The translations under genes were made by a program, and so were the position numbers. A stretch of 43,339 bases of DNA. Source: an uncultured bacterium (lineage in GTDB: Bacteria; Patescibacteriota; Minisyncoccia; Phycocordibacterales; UBA9973). The notes beneath the pieces are model-generated. The model saw only the letters and a list, made by a program, of their open reading frames with translations. It made no database searches and was not told the origin of the DNA. Each line of letters starts with the position of its first letter. The stretch's first letter is position 1. The DNA lies in assembly GCA_903907175.1 (NCBI GenBank), contig CAIVNB010000026.1, positions 1-43,339 on the forward strand, written 5' to 3'. Positions 1-9,087 of this stretch are shown here, in pieces.

Positions 1-825
1 AAAGTTTTTAATTGTGCATCATTTTCTGGTACAGAATATTTGTCACGAGCAATTTTGATAGATCAATCACCAATTGGTCGTACTCCTCGTTCAAATGTTG
101 CGACTTATACTGGAGCATTCTCTCATATAAGAGAACTCTTTGCAGAGGGAAGCGAGGCGAAACTTCGTGGCTGGAAAGCAAATAGATTTTCTTTCAATGT
201 GAAGGGTGGCAGATGTGAAGCGTGTGAAGGAAATGGAGAGATTGCAGTTGAAATGCATTTCTTGCCGACAGTATATGTTACTTGTGATGTTTGTGGAGGA
301 AAGCGATTTGATAAAGAAACCTTGACGATTAAATTTAAGAATAAAAATGTTTATGAAGTATTACAGATGACAGTAGAGGAAGCGATATCTTTCTTTAAAG
401 ATATCCCAGCGGTCTATGATCGACTAAAGACTTTAATGGATGTGGGTCTCGGATATATTAAATTAGGGCAATCAGCTACGACTCTTTCTGGCGGAGAAGC
501 ACAACGTGTAAAAATTTCTTCTGAACTTTATCGTCCACATTTAGAAAAAACGATTTATCTTTTAGATGAACCAACTGTCGGACTTCATTATGATGATGTG
601 CATAATCTTTTGGATGTTTTAAATAAACTTGTTGATAAGGGGAATACCGTAGTTCTTATTGAACACAATATGGATATCATAAAAAATTGTGATTATGTTT
701 TAGATATTGGACCAGAGGGAGGAGATGGTGGTGGAAATTTGGTTGCCAAAGGTACTCCTGAAGACATAGCAAATAATTCTAAAAGTTATACGGGTAAGTA
801 TTTAAAGAAGGTATTACGAAAATAG
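1..825 (+). CDS. uvrA: Excinuclease ABC subunit A, C-terminal part (5' end lies left of the window)
   Basis: Frame 1 is open from nt 1, with no stop before the listed TTG at 40. Zinc finger CEACEGNG...CDVCGG, ABC signature LSGGEAQR, Walker B IYLLDEP. Confidence 0.9.
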   Translation, partial: KVFNCASFSGTEYLSRAILIDQSPIGRTPRSNVATYTGAFSHIRELFAEGSEAKLRGWKANRFSFNVKGGRCEACEGNGEIAVEMHFLPTVYVTCDVCGGKRFDKETLTIKFKNKNVYEVLQMTVEEAISFFKDIPAVYDRLKTLMDVGLGYIKLGQSATTLSGGEAQRVKISSELYRPHLEKTIYLLDEPTVGLHYDDVHNLLDVLNKLVDKGNTVVLIEHNMDIIKNCDYVLDIGPEGGDGGGNLVAKGTPEDIANNSKSYTGKYLKKVLRK

Positions 826-844
826 CATATAATAAAAGAATAAT

Positions 845-2104
845 ATGCAAGTCAAAGATTTGAAAAAATTTAAGTTGTCTGATAAGCCAGGAGTTTATTT
901 TTTTAAAAAAGGAAAGACAATTTTGTATATTGGAAAAGCGACATCTTTGCGAGACAGAACAAAGAGTTATTTCAGCAAAGATTTAATCGCTACTCGGGGT
1001 CCGATGATATTAGATATGGTTGTGCAAGCAGATAAAGTTGATTGGGAAATGTCAGACAGTGTTCTCGAAGCTTTAATTCTTGAAGCAGAACTAATAAAGA
1101 AACATCAACCGAAATATAATGTAAAAGAAAAAGATGATAGATCTTGGAATTATGTTTGTATAACTGCAGAGAAAATTCCTAGAGTAATTATTGTAAGAGG
1201 CAAAAATTTACAATCTACGCCATGGCGTAGATCTAAAACTTACGGACCGTATACTAATGGCTTGCAATTAAAAGAAGCATTAAGAATAATTAGAAAAATA
1301 TTTCCTTTTCTTGATGAAAAATCAAAAAATAATTACGAGTTTTATAGGCAAATAAAACTTGTTCCAGAAAACGAAGATTATCTTAAAAATATAAAGAATA
1401 TAAAATTATTTTTTGAGGGAAAGAAAAGGAAAATCTTAAAGGATTTAGAAAAAGAAATGAAAATGCTTGCTAAAACACAAAAATTCGAAAGAGCGAATGA
1501 TGTCAAAAAGCAAATTTTTGCACTACGACACATTAATGACATTGCTTTAATAAAAAGTGAAAGCCTCACCTCTTCCAATTTTTCAGTCCTGCGCCCTTCT
1601 CAGAGTACTGAGTGGGACCCTCGGACATTCAAAATTGAAAGAGGTTCGATTTTCGATGTGTTCCGCATTGAAGCTTATGACATTGCGCATATGTCAGGCA
1701 AAAATATGGTTGGGGTGATGACGGTGATAGAAAATGGAGAAGTTCAAAAGAGTGAATATAAAAAATTTATTATTCGTACACAAAGTAGCAGTAATGATAC
1801 GGGTGCACTTGAAGAAGTTTTGTCACGTAGACTGCGTCACACGGAATGGGGATTACCAAATTTAGTAGTGGTGGATGGTAGTGTTGCTCAAATCAACACA
1901 GCAAAGAGAGCATTAAATAGATATCAATTTAAAATACCAATCATCGGAGTTGTGAAAGATGATAAACATAGAGCGAAAGCTATACAAGGTGATGAGACAA
2001 TAATAAAAAAATACAAAAAAATAATTTTACTTGCGAATAGTGAAGCCCATAGATTTGCGATAAAATTCTATCGTTCAAAAAGTAGAAAAAATATGTTAAA
2101 ATAA
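845..2104 (+). CDS. uvrC: Excinuclease ABC subunit C, short form (419 aa) with no C-terminal (HhH)2 region
   Basis: GIY-YIG N-terminus (GVYFF..ILYIGKA), UVR motif (FERANDVKKQIFALRHI), endonuclease core RIEAYDIAHMSG. Directly follows uvrA. Confidence 0.85.
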   Translation: MQVKDLKKFKLSDKPGVYFFKKGKTILYIGKATSLRDRTKSYFSKDLIATRGPMILDMVVQADKVDWEMSDSVLEALILEAELIKKHQPKYNVKEKDDRSWNYVCITAEKIPRVIIVRGKNLQSTPWRRSKTYGPYTNGLQLKEALRIIRKIFPFLDEKSKNNYEFYRQIKLVPENEDYLKNIKNIKLFFEGKKRKILKDLEKEMKMLAKTQKFERANDVKKQIFALRHINDIALIKSESLTSSNFSVLRPSQSTEWDPRTFKIERGSIFDVFRIEAYDIAHMSGKNMVGVMTVIENGEVQKSEYKKFIIRTQSSSNDTGALEEVLSRRLRHTEWGLPNLVVVDGSVAQINTAKRALNRYQFKIPIIGVVKDDKHRAKAIQGDETIIKKYKKIILLANSEAHRFAIKFYRSKSRKNMLK

Positions 2105-2108
2105 AGAT

Positions 2109-2558
2109 ATGTATATCATTTACGCATTATTGGGGGCAGTAATGGCCTCTCTGGGGACAATTTTTGCGAAGCTTGGATTAAAAGGAATTGATCCAAATTT
2201 TTTAACAGCAATCCGTGGTATTGTGATGGCATTAATCGTGACAATAGCAGCTCTTTCTTTTGGCAAACTTTCTATCACTACATTTAATTCACTTTCGTCT
2301 AAACAATGGATTTTTGTTATTTTGTCAGGTATTGGAGGGGCACTTTCTTGGATCTTCTTTTATCACGCCTTGGCCACAGGTCCGACAGTAGCTGTTACTG
2401 TTATCGATAAACTGTCTATTGTATTAACTGCTATTTTGGCCACAATAGTTCTTGCTGAAGGTATAACATTTCAAGCGATACTTGGCTTAATCTTTGTTTT
2501 TACTGGCACAATTTTAGTCGCTGTGCCATGGGAAAAAATTCAAAAATTATTTTCTTAA
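2109..2558 (+). CDS. Small EamA/DMT-like membrane protein (single 5-TM half)
   Basis: 149 aa, about 5 hydrophobic helices. Pattern typical of half-size EamA domains. Confidence 0.5.
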   Translation: MYIIYALLGAVMASLGTIFAKLGLKGIDPNFLTAIRGIVMALIVTIAALSFGKLSITTFNSLSSKQWIFVILSGIGGALSWIFFYHALATGPTVAVTVIDKLSIVLTAILATIVLAEGITFQAILGLIFVFTGTILVAVPWEKIQKLFS

Positions 2559-2577
2559 TTAATATATAAAAAATAAA

Positions 2578-3540
2578 ATGCAAAAAAATATATTAGTAAC
2601 TGGAGCTATGGGGCAAATTGGGTCAGAACTCGTGCCTGCTTTAAGAGAGAAGTTTGGGAAAGAAAATGTTGTTGCCGTAGGCTTCATTAAAGATAAAGAA
2701 CCAAGTGAAGAATTTAAAAATTCCGGACCTTATGAGAGTATTGATGCCAGAAATAAAGAAGAAATCAGGGCACTAATAGAAAAGTATCAAATAAATACAA
2801 TTTACCACCTAGTTGGTGTTTTATCTGCAGTAGGGGAAAAAAATCCTAATCTTGCTTGGGATGTGAATATGAATAGTTTGAAAAATATTTTAGATTTAGC
2901 AGTAGAATATAAAATTGATAGATTGTTCTGGCCGAGTTCTATAGCTTGCTTTGGGCCAAGTACACCACTTTTTGATACACCCCAAAAAACTATCTTAGAA
3001 CCTACTACAATGTATGGAGTCACAAAAGTTTCTGGAGAGTTGTTGTGTCAATATTATTTTATTAAATATGGCTTGGATGTTAGAAGCTTGAGATATCCTG
3101 GAATAATATCTTGGAAGACTCCGCCTGGTGGGGGAACGACAGATTATGCAGTTGCAATATATTATAATGCAATAGAAAAAGGTAAATATGATTGTTTTGT
3201 AAAAGAAAATACAGTTTTGCCAATGATGTATATGGATGATGCAGTAAACGCAACGATAAAATTGATGGAAGTAGATAAAGAAAAAATAAAAGTACGAACG
3301 GCTTATAACTTAACTGCTATTAGTTTTTCAGCAAAAGAATTGGCTTTAAATGTTTCAAAATATATTGAAAATTTTGTGTGCACATTTAATCCTGATGAAA
3401 GACAAAAAATAGCTGATTCTTGGCCCAAAACTATTGATGATAATTGTGCCCGAGAGGATTGGGGTTGGCAACATAAATTTGATTTGGATCAAATATCCAT
3501 CGATATGATAAAAAATTTAAAAAATAAATTAGTAAAATAA
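2578..3540 (+). CDS. tdh: L-threonine 3-dehydrogenase, SDR/epimerase-type
   Basis: Rossmann VTGAMGQIGSEL, catalytic YGVTKVSGE, and the family-typical stretches LRYPGIIS..PGGGTTDYAV, LPMMYMDD and SWP..DD..AR.DWGW. Confidence 0.8.
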   Translation: MQKNILVTGAMGQIGSELVPALREKFGKENVVAVGFIKDKEPSEEFKNSGPYESIDARNKEEIRALIEKYQINTIYHLVGVLSAVGEKNPNLAWDVNMNSLKNILDLAVEYKIDRLFWPSSIACFGPSTPLFDTPQKTILEPTTMYGVTKVSGELLCQYYFIKYGLDVRSLRYPGIISWKTPPGGGTTDYAVAIYYNAIEKGKYDCFVKENTVLPMMYMDDAVNATIKLMEVDKEKIKVRTAYNLTAISFSAKELALNVSKYIENFVCTFNPDERQKIADSWPKTIDDNCAREDWGWQHKFDLDQISIDMIKNLKNKLVK

Positions 3541-3548
3541 TAAATATT

Positions 3549-4412
3549 ATGAAACCAAAAGGACTCAGAACAAAAATATTTTTAGATAGCTGTGACCCAG
3601 CTGAAACAAGTGAAATAATTTCAGTTTTGGGTTTTCTTGACGGACAAACTACAAACCCAACTCTTGTCGCAAAGAATCCATATGCTCGTGAACGTTTTTT
3701 GAAAGGGGAAAAATTTTCGAAAGAGGAAATTTTTGATTTTTATAAAAAAAATATTGTAGAAATTTCAAAACTTATTCCAAGTGGTTCTATTTCCATCGAA
3801 GTATACTCAGACGAAAATACAAATGAATCTGAAATGTTTACGCAAGGCAAAGAAATGTTTAAGTGGATTTCAAATGCACAAATAAAATATCCAATTACAA
3901 AAGTTGGACTTCTGTCAGCGGAGAGAAGTATAAAAGATGGAATGCGTGTAAATATGACGCTGTGTTTTACGGAAGAGCAAGCGGCTGCAGTTTATTCTGC
4001 AACATTGGGGGCAAAGAAGGGTGATGTTTTTGTCTCTCCATTCATTGGAAGGCTTGATGATATTGGAGAAAATGGAATGTCATTGATTGAAAATATTATT
4101 AAAACATATAAAGATGGCGATGAGCACGTAGAAATTCTTTCAGCAAGTGTTCGTACGATGGATCATTTTATGGCATCACTTCTACTTCATGTTGATATTA
4201 TTACTGCACCACTTTCTATTTTAAAAAAATGGGGGGAAATGGGCATGCCCATTCCTAAAAATTATAAGGAATATGATTTTTCTTCTCTAAAAAATATTCC
4301 ACATAAAGAAATTGATTTAAACAAAAAATGGACAGATTTTAATATAAAAAATGGATTAACTGATAAGGGGTTGGAGCGTTTCGCCTCAGATTGGAATGCT
4401 TTAATTAAATAG
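3549..4412 (+). CDS. tal: Transaldolase / fructose-6-phosphate aldolase family protein
   Basis: LDGQTTNPTLVAKN, IKYPITKVG (Schiff-base Lys region), VSPFIGRLDD. Confidence 0.75.
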   Translation: MKPKGLRTKIFLDSCDPAETSEIISVLGFLDGQTTNPTLVAKNPYARERFLKGEKFSKEEIFDFYKKNIVEISKLIPSGSISIEVYSDENTNESEMFTQGKEMFKWISNAQIKYPITKVGLLSAERSIKDGMRVNMTLCFTEEQAAAVYSATLGAKKGDVFVSPFIGRLDDIGENGMSLIENIIKTYKDGDEHVEILSASVRTMDHFMASLLLHVDIITAPLSILKKWGEMGMPIPKNYKEYDFSSLKNIPHKEIDLNKKWTDFNIKNGLTDKGLERFASDWNALIK

Positions 4413-4444
4413 TTTTTATATGATTCTTGTAGACGATAATTAGA

Positions 4445-4473
4445 TTGACTTTTTTATGTTTTTTCAGTATTCT
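4445..4473 (+). promoter_or_regulatory. Sigma-70-like promoter upstream of acpP
   Basis: TTGACT, 17 nt, TATTCT. A GGAGG Shine-Dalgarno lies 5 nt before the ATG at 4525. Confidence 0.4.
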
Positions 4474-4524
4474 TAAGAAAATTCTTTTATTCACGGAAAA
4501 TTCATTTTTAAAAACGGAGGCAAA

Positions 4525-4764
4525 ATGACTTTAGAAAAAGTTATTGCAATTATTGTAGACAGACTTGGCGTTCCTGAAATCGACGTTGTACCAGGGGCTC
4601 ATATTACGAAGGACCTGGGGGCTGACTCACTGGACGTGGTCGAACTTGGCATGGAGGTCGAAAAGGAATTCAACATCACATTGAAAGATGATGACGTAGA
4701 AGAGATCAGCGACGTTCAGAGCCTTGTCGATTTGATTAATAAGGAGGTTGAGAAAAAAGGGTAA
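4525..4764 (+). CDS. acpP: Acyl carrier protein
   Basis: 79 aa, acidic, phosphopantetheine site LGADSLDVVEL. Confidence 0.85.
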   Translation: MTLEKVIAIIVDRLGVPEIDVVPGAHITKDLGADSLDVVELGMEVEKEFNITLKDDDVEEISDVQSLVDLINKEVEKKG

Positions 4765-4784
4765 TAATAAAACCCCCAACGAAC

Positions 4785-4816
4785 AAAGCCGTGCATTACT
4801 GTACGGCTTTTTATTT
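4785..4816. terminator. Hairpin between convergent acpP and the response regulator (bidirectional terminator candidate)
   Basis: AAAGCCGT, 10-nt loop, ACGGCTTT, followed by TTATTTTTT. Confidence 0.6.
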
Positions 4817-5248
4817 TTTCTCTTGAGAAATTTTTAATGTATTTTTCTTTTCTAAAACATCTTTTATTGTTTTCAGCAGGATATTGAAATCTGATGATTT
4901 ATGAACATATGCATCCAGCCCAAGTTCTTTTGTCATCTTTTCAGCTTCTAAAGAAAAATCTTCATTAGTAAAAAGTATTATGGGGATATCTTTTGTTTCT
5001 GATTCGGACTTCATTTTTACTGATGCTTCTGTTCCAGTCATTACAGGCATTCTCTCGTCCATCAACACTATATCTGGCTGGAAACGCCTGGCTGTTTCTC
5101 TGCCTTCGTTTCCATCTGAAGCGTAAATAACTTCATAGCCATGTTCTACCAGTCGTCCACCAAAGAGGCGACGAATCATCGGATCGTCGTCGACTATTAA
5201 TATATGGATTTTCTTTTTATTCTGTTCGTAAGGTTGGGTATTAGACAT
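4811..5248 (-). CDS. Single-domain response regulator (CheY-like receiver)
   Basis: ILIVDDD..., phospho-acceptor region DIVLMDERMP, conserved T and K regions. The ATG at 5248 is preferred over the TTG at 5266. Confidence 0.8.
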   Translation of the reverse strand: MSNTQPYEQNKKKIHILIVDDDPMIRRLFGGRLVEHGYEVIYASDGNEGRETARRFQPDIVLMDERMPVMTGTEASVKMKSESETKDIPIILFTNEDFSLEAEKMTKELGLDAYVHKSSDFNILLKTIKDVLEKKNTLKISQEKK

Positions 5249-5291
5249 GTGGCTATATTTTACCAATTTTAAGAATTATTAGAAAGTATTT

Positions 5292-5368
5292 TGGTGGACC
5301 CTACAGGACTCGAACCTGCCACCTCCTCATTGCAAATGAGGCGCTCTAGCCAGATGAGCTAAGGGCCC
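5292..5368 (-). tRNA. tRNA-Ala (anticodon UGC), CCA encoded
   Basis: Reverse complement folds as a cloverleaf. Acceptor GGGCCCT/AGGGTCC has the G3:U70 Ala identity pair, the anticodon loop is TTTGCAA, and the T-loop is TTCGAGT. Confidence 0.9.
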
Positions 5369-5429
5369 TTTGTCGAACAAGACTATTTTAACTTATTTTA
5401 ATAAAAATGCAATAGTGTATAATCATATT

Positions 5430-6467
5430 ATGCATTATAAATTCTTTACTAATTCACAAAAATCTTGGCAAGCAATGTTTGAGGCTATCTCAACTGCCCA
5501 AAAATCAGTTTTTTTAGAGATGTATATTTTCCAAGATGATATGACAGATTTTGATTTTTTAAGCTTACTAAAAGAAAAAGCTAAAGCAGGGCTTCTGGTT
5601 AAAATTATTTTGGATTCTTTTGGAAGTGCTGATTTGAGTAAGAGGGCAATATTTGAACTTCGAGAGTCGGGCGTGGAGTTATTTTTTATAAGTCGGTTTT
5701 TTCATCATACACACCGTAAAATTTTAATTGTTGATGAGAATGTTGCTTTTGTTGGGGGAGTGAATTTTCACCAGAGTGCTGTTAATTGGAATGATTTAGT
5801 TGTAAAACTTAGAGGGAAAATCATTCCGTATATTTTAAGATCTTTTGCAAAGGCATATGCAAAGTGTGGCGGGAAAGATATTTTGATTTTGCGTTATAGA
5901 AAAAACAAAAAAAATATTGGAGAGAAGATGAATTCATGGCTAGTCGAACATTCTCCCATGTGGAGAAAAAATGGGTTAAAAAATCTTTATAAGCAGAAAA
6001 TTAGTCGAGCAGAGGAAAGTCTTTTTCTAGTTACTCCGTATTTTATGCCAAGACGATGGCTTATAGCGGCACTTCATCAAGCAGTATTGAGGGGGGTTAG
6101 AGTAGAAATACTTGTGCCAAAATTTACGGATTACTACTTTATTGATCGTGTGAATTATTTTTTTATGTATAAACTTTCAAAACTGGGAGTGAATATTTAT
6201 TTAGAAGAAAAGATGAATCATGCAAAACTTATGATTATTGATAGCAGGGAGGGGATGGTGGGATCGCAGAATTTAGATTATATATCATTTAATTTAAATT
6301 CAGAAGTAGGTATATTTTTTAATGATATAAAAACTATGAAAAAGCTTCTAGGTATATTTCTAGACTGGAAAAAGAATACAATTTTATTTGATTTTAAAAC
6401 ACAAAAGCCAAACTTTCTCGACTATATTTTATCTCCAATAATCAGTATTTTTAATAGAATTTTATAG
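5430..6467 (+). CDS. Phospholipase D family protein (cardiolipin-synthase-like, two HKD motifs)
   Basis: HRKILIVDENVAFVGGVNF and HAKLMIIDSREGMVGSQNLD. The ATG at 5430 is preferred because the listed TTG at 5370 abuts the tRNA-Ala gene. Confidence 0.75.
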   Translation: MHYKFFTNSQKSWQAMFEAISTAQKSVFLEMYIFQDDMTDFDFLSLLKEKAKAGLLVKIILDSFGSADLSKRAIFELRESGVELFFISRFFHHTHRKILIVDENVAFVGGVNFHQSAVNWNDLVVKLRGKIIPYILRSFAKAYAKCGGKDILILRYRKNKKNIGEKMNSWLVEHSPMWRKNGLKNLYKQKISRAEESLFLVTPYFMPRRWLIAALHQAVLRGVRVEILVPKFTDYYFIDRVNYFFMYKLSKLGVNIYLEEKMNHAKLMIIDSREGMVGSQNLDYISFNLNSEVGIFFNDIKTMKKLLGIFLDWKKNTILFDFKTQKPNFLDYILSPIISIFNRIL

Positions 6468-6481
6468 AAGTCATTTTTTAC

Positions 6482-6509
6482 TTGTTTTTTCAGTATTTTT
6501 TGATAATAT
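6482..6509 (+). promoter_or_regulatory. Candidate extended -10 promoter for tRNA-Asn
   Basis: TTGTTT, 16 nt (ending TGa), TAATAT. It lies about 30 nt upstream of the tRNA 5' end. Confidence 0.35.
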
Positions 6510-6540
6510 GGTAAGAGTTCTTTGTTTTAATTGAATATAT

Positions 6541-6615
6541 TCGGGAGTAGCTCAGCGGTAGAGCGGTCGCCTGTTAAGCGATTGGTCGTAGGTTCGATCC
6601 CTACCTCCCGAGCCA
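6541..6615 (+). tRNA. tRNA-Asn (anticodon GUU), CCA encoded; integration target of the island
   Basis: 75-nt cloverleaf: acceptor TCGGGAG/CTCCCGA, anticodon stem GTCGC/GCGAT with loop CTGTTAA, T arm GTAGG-TTCGATC-CCTAC, discriminator G plus CCA. Confidence 0.9.
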
Positions 6616-6616
6616 G
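6599..6616 (+). repeat. attL core: CCCTACCTCCCGAGCCAG (3' end of tRNA-Asn)
   Basis: Perfect 18-bp direct repeat with 20921-20938. Confidence 0.8.
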
Positions 6617-8103
6617 TTAGGGTTATCAGCTAGTTCTAACACTAGATTGAACGGAGAAGCTATTGAAAAATATAGCTTCTTTTCGTTTACAACAGGGTTC
6701 TGAAGTAGATAACTCAAAAATTGTCTTTTGCCTGCTATATCAGAACTTTTTTCAAATATAATTTTTGCTCTGCGTGCCACAGAAAGCACTGTGGCAACAG
6801 TAGTTTGGTAATCGTAATCTGCTTTTGAGTGTTCAGACATTTCAATTTCAAGGACCTGTATTTGGTCCTGATACTCTTGATGCTTTTTGTCATAGATGTC
6901 CTTAGTAATACTCTGGTCTATATAAGCATCAAGCAACCTATTTTGTTTTGCTTTCAAGTTGTTGTAATCAGTTTGTATACGATTTATTTGTGATTTATGG
7001 AATACTACTTCTGCTTCTGTATTTTTCCTTAATTCATCTAATAGCTCGTTTGTAGCTTCCTCTGTAATGCTCTCAAATCGCTCTAAAACCTTGTATACGG
7101 GCTTCAAAAGGTCTTTCTCGTTTATATACACTCTCTTACAAATACCCTTAGAATTAGTGCAAGAATAGTATGTAGGTTTACCTTCGTGTCTTTCGGCTGT
7201 CATTGAACAACCACAGTTTTGACACTTAAGTAATCCCTTAAATATAAAATCTTTTGAGAGTGCTTTATAAACATTTTTATTACGCTTTGTGCGAACTTCC
7301 TGACATTTATCAAAGAGTTCTCTTGTTATTAAACGAGGATATTTATGAGAATATGAACCATATTTTTTTGATATAGCAGTTCCACAATAAAAACTATCTT
7401 TTAATATATTTTCAACTCCACTTTTTGAAAGTTTATTTCCTTTTAATGTTCTTAAGCCAAGCTCATTCATCTTTCCTCGTATTGTTTCAAGAGAGTATTG
7501 GTCTGTTGCGTATAACTCAAACATTTTTTGTATTAAGTGTCCTCGTTCTGGGTCAATAATAATATCTTTTCGTAATCTTTTTTCTTGGTCCAAACTGATA
7601 TTCAAATAACCTAAACGAACACCTCCTGTCCATTCTCCATTTCTTCGCTTCTGTTCAAATGCTCTTCTTACATTGTCTCCGATGGCATCCGAATAGTATT
7701 TTGCTAAACCTAAACTCATTCCAAATTGAAACTTTTCAACAGCAGACATTTGATTGTTTATTACTTGCCCTTCTGAAACGAAATGAAGTTCTATTCTATC
7801 AGCAACAGCCATTTCATAAAGAGTAGCAACCCTTTTATCAAAAATGCTTCTTGAAAGTCGGTCAACTTTATCAAAACAGACAGCTATTTTTTCTTTCTTG
7901 GATACTTCTTGAACATATTCAAGTAATTTATCAAATTCATCTCTCTTTTCCTTGTAAGCACTTTCGTCAAAACTAAAAGATTTAATAATTTCAAACGATT
8001 TCTTTTTACAATAACTATCTATACGCTCAACTTGAGCAGGCAAGGAGTTTCCTGCTTCTTTTTGTTCTTCTGTTGATACTCGTGAGACATTTATTGCTTT
8101 CAT
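6601..8103 (-). CDS. Large serine recombinase (integrase)
   Basis: Resolvase N-domain with catalytic-Ser context VSRVSTEEQ, recombinase domain, zinc ribbon CQNCGC...YYSCTNSKGICK, C-terminal coiled coil. The last codons and the stop lie inside the att core. Confidence 0.9.
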   Translation of the reverse strand: MKAINVSRVSTEEQKEAGNSLPAQVERIDSYCKKKSFEIIKSFSFDESAYKEKRDEFDKLLEYVQEVSKKEKIAVCFDKVDRLSRSIFDKRVATLYEMAVADRIELHFVSEGQVINNQMSAVEKFQFGMSLGLAKYYSDAIGDNVRRAFEQKRRNGEWTGGVRLGYLNISLDQEKRLRKDIIIDPERGHLIQKMFELYATDQYSLETIRGKMNELGLRTLKGNKLSKSGVENILKDSFYCGTAISKKYGSYSHKYPRLITRELFDKCQEVRTKRNKNVYKALSKDFIFKGLLKCQNCGCSMTAERHEGKPTYYSCTNSKGICKRVYINEKDLLKPVYKVLERFESITEEATNELLDELRKNTEAEVVFHKSQINRIQTDYNNLKAKQNRLLDAYIDQSITKDIYDKKHQEYQDQIQVLEIEMSEHSKADYDYQTTVATVLSVARRAKIIFEKSSDIAGKRQFLSYLLQNPVVNEKKLYFSIASPFNLVLELADNPNWLGR

Positions 8104-9086
8104 AAACTTTTTTTATTATTAAGTGCTTGTAAGATATTTCTCGTTACATACCACATCATTACAGGAGCAACAGCATTACCTAATGCTTTATAATTTTTTC
8201 CTCTACCTTTTAGAAGTTCAAAATTATCTGGGAAGGACTGTATTCTTGCAACCTCTCTAGGGGTAAACATTCTATATTTGTTTTTAAGAAACAGTACTGG
8301 GTCTGTACTATTCAAACTTACTTTTGCCAAATGAGCAGTGACAGTATTGCTTGGCTGGTTTATGTTCTGTGCACGCCCTTTATTCATAGTGTTTGAGTGT
8401 TTAGTATTTTGCATACCTAAAACAGCCTTCTCGCTAAAATAGTATTCTTTTCCAACATATTCTTCAGGTTCAATTATTTCTGATATGGGGACTAGCTTCT
8501 TCTCAATTAAGGGTTTCGGAAAAGAAAAAGCTTCATACGTTTTTTTTTCCTTAAATCCCACAATAAATACTCGCTCTCTTTTCTGAGGAACACCATAGTG
8601 CGAAGCATTTAATACCTGATACTTAATATAGTAACCAGCTTTTTCAAACTCTTTAATAATCAAAGGGAAGGTTTCCCCTTTATTTGCAGATAATAATCCC
8701 TTAACATTTTCTGCTACAAAAACCTTTGGTTTTTTTTCTTTCAAAATACGAACCATTTCAAAAAAAAGTTTACCTCTTTCATCTTTATAACCTAACCTTT
8801 TTGGGTTCTGAGCTATTACAGAAAAGGACTGACAAGGAAATCCTCCTGTCAAAATATCGTGATTGGGTACTTCACTAGATTTAAGCTGTTTTATATCTTT
8901 CACCAAGCATTTATTCTTGAAGTTTAGGTTGTAAATATCACAAACATCTTTATCAAAATCAGTAGCAAAAACCGTCTGGGTGTCTAATTTAGAGTACTTC
9001 TTGTTAAGAAATGTAAAACCACCTTCTGAACCAAGGTCCATACCGCCACAACCACTGAATAATGATGCTATTTTGTATTTCTTCAT
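8100..9086 (-). CDS. DNA (cytosine-5)-methyltransferase
   Basis: Motif I FSGCGG, IV GGFPCQSFS, VI ENVKGL, VIII QKRERVFIVG, IX/X RIQSFPD and GNAVAPV. The ATG at 9086 (MKKYKIASLFSGCGG) is preferred over 9143. Confidence 0.9.
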   Translation of the reverse strand: MKKYKIASLFSGCGGMDLGSEGGFTFLNKKYSKLDTQTVFATDFDKDVCDIYNLNFKNKCLVKDIKQLKSSEVPNHDILTGGFPCQSFSVIAQNPKRLGYKDERGKLFFEMVRILKEKKPKVFVAENVKGLLSANKGETFPLIIKEFEKAGYYIKYQVLNASHYGVPQKRERVFIVGFKEKKTYEAFSFPKPLIEKKLVPISEIIEPEEYVGKEYYFSEKAVLGMQNTKHSNTMNKGRAQNINQPSNTVTAHLAKVSLNSTDPVLFLKNKYRMFTPREVARIQSFPDNFELLKGRGKNYKALGNAVAPVMMWYVTRNILQALNNKKSL

Positions 9087-9087
9087 A

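Noticed and set aside
1378-1578. Antisense or alternative-frame ORFs nested in confident genes (for example 1378-1578, 2802-3023, 10553-10753, 11891-12151, 12461-12739, 19164-19418, 22353-22601, 23784-23996, 25177-25476, 26020-26307, 27071-27400, 28356-28709, 30063-30266, 31094-31288, 36224-36539, 37540-37758, 40385-40573, 42892-43104)
   Set aside because: All lie inside longer ORFs that have clear family motifs. Long shadow ORFs are expected in AT-rich DNA, and their translations are low-complexity.
5370-5429. TTG start at 5370 for the PLD-family gene, and likewise 16010 for the mini-thioredoxin and 9143 for the MTase
   Set aside because: 5370 abuts the tRNA-Ala gene and 16010 lies inside a terminator hairpin. 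9143 would overlap the nuclease gene by 56 nt. In-frame ATGs downstream give family-typical N-termini.
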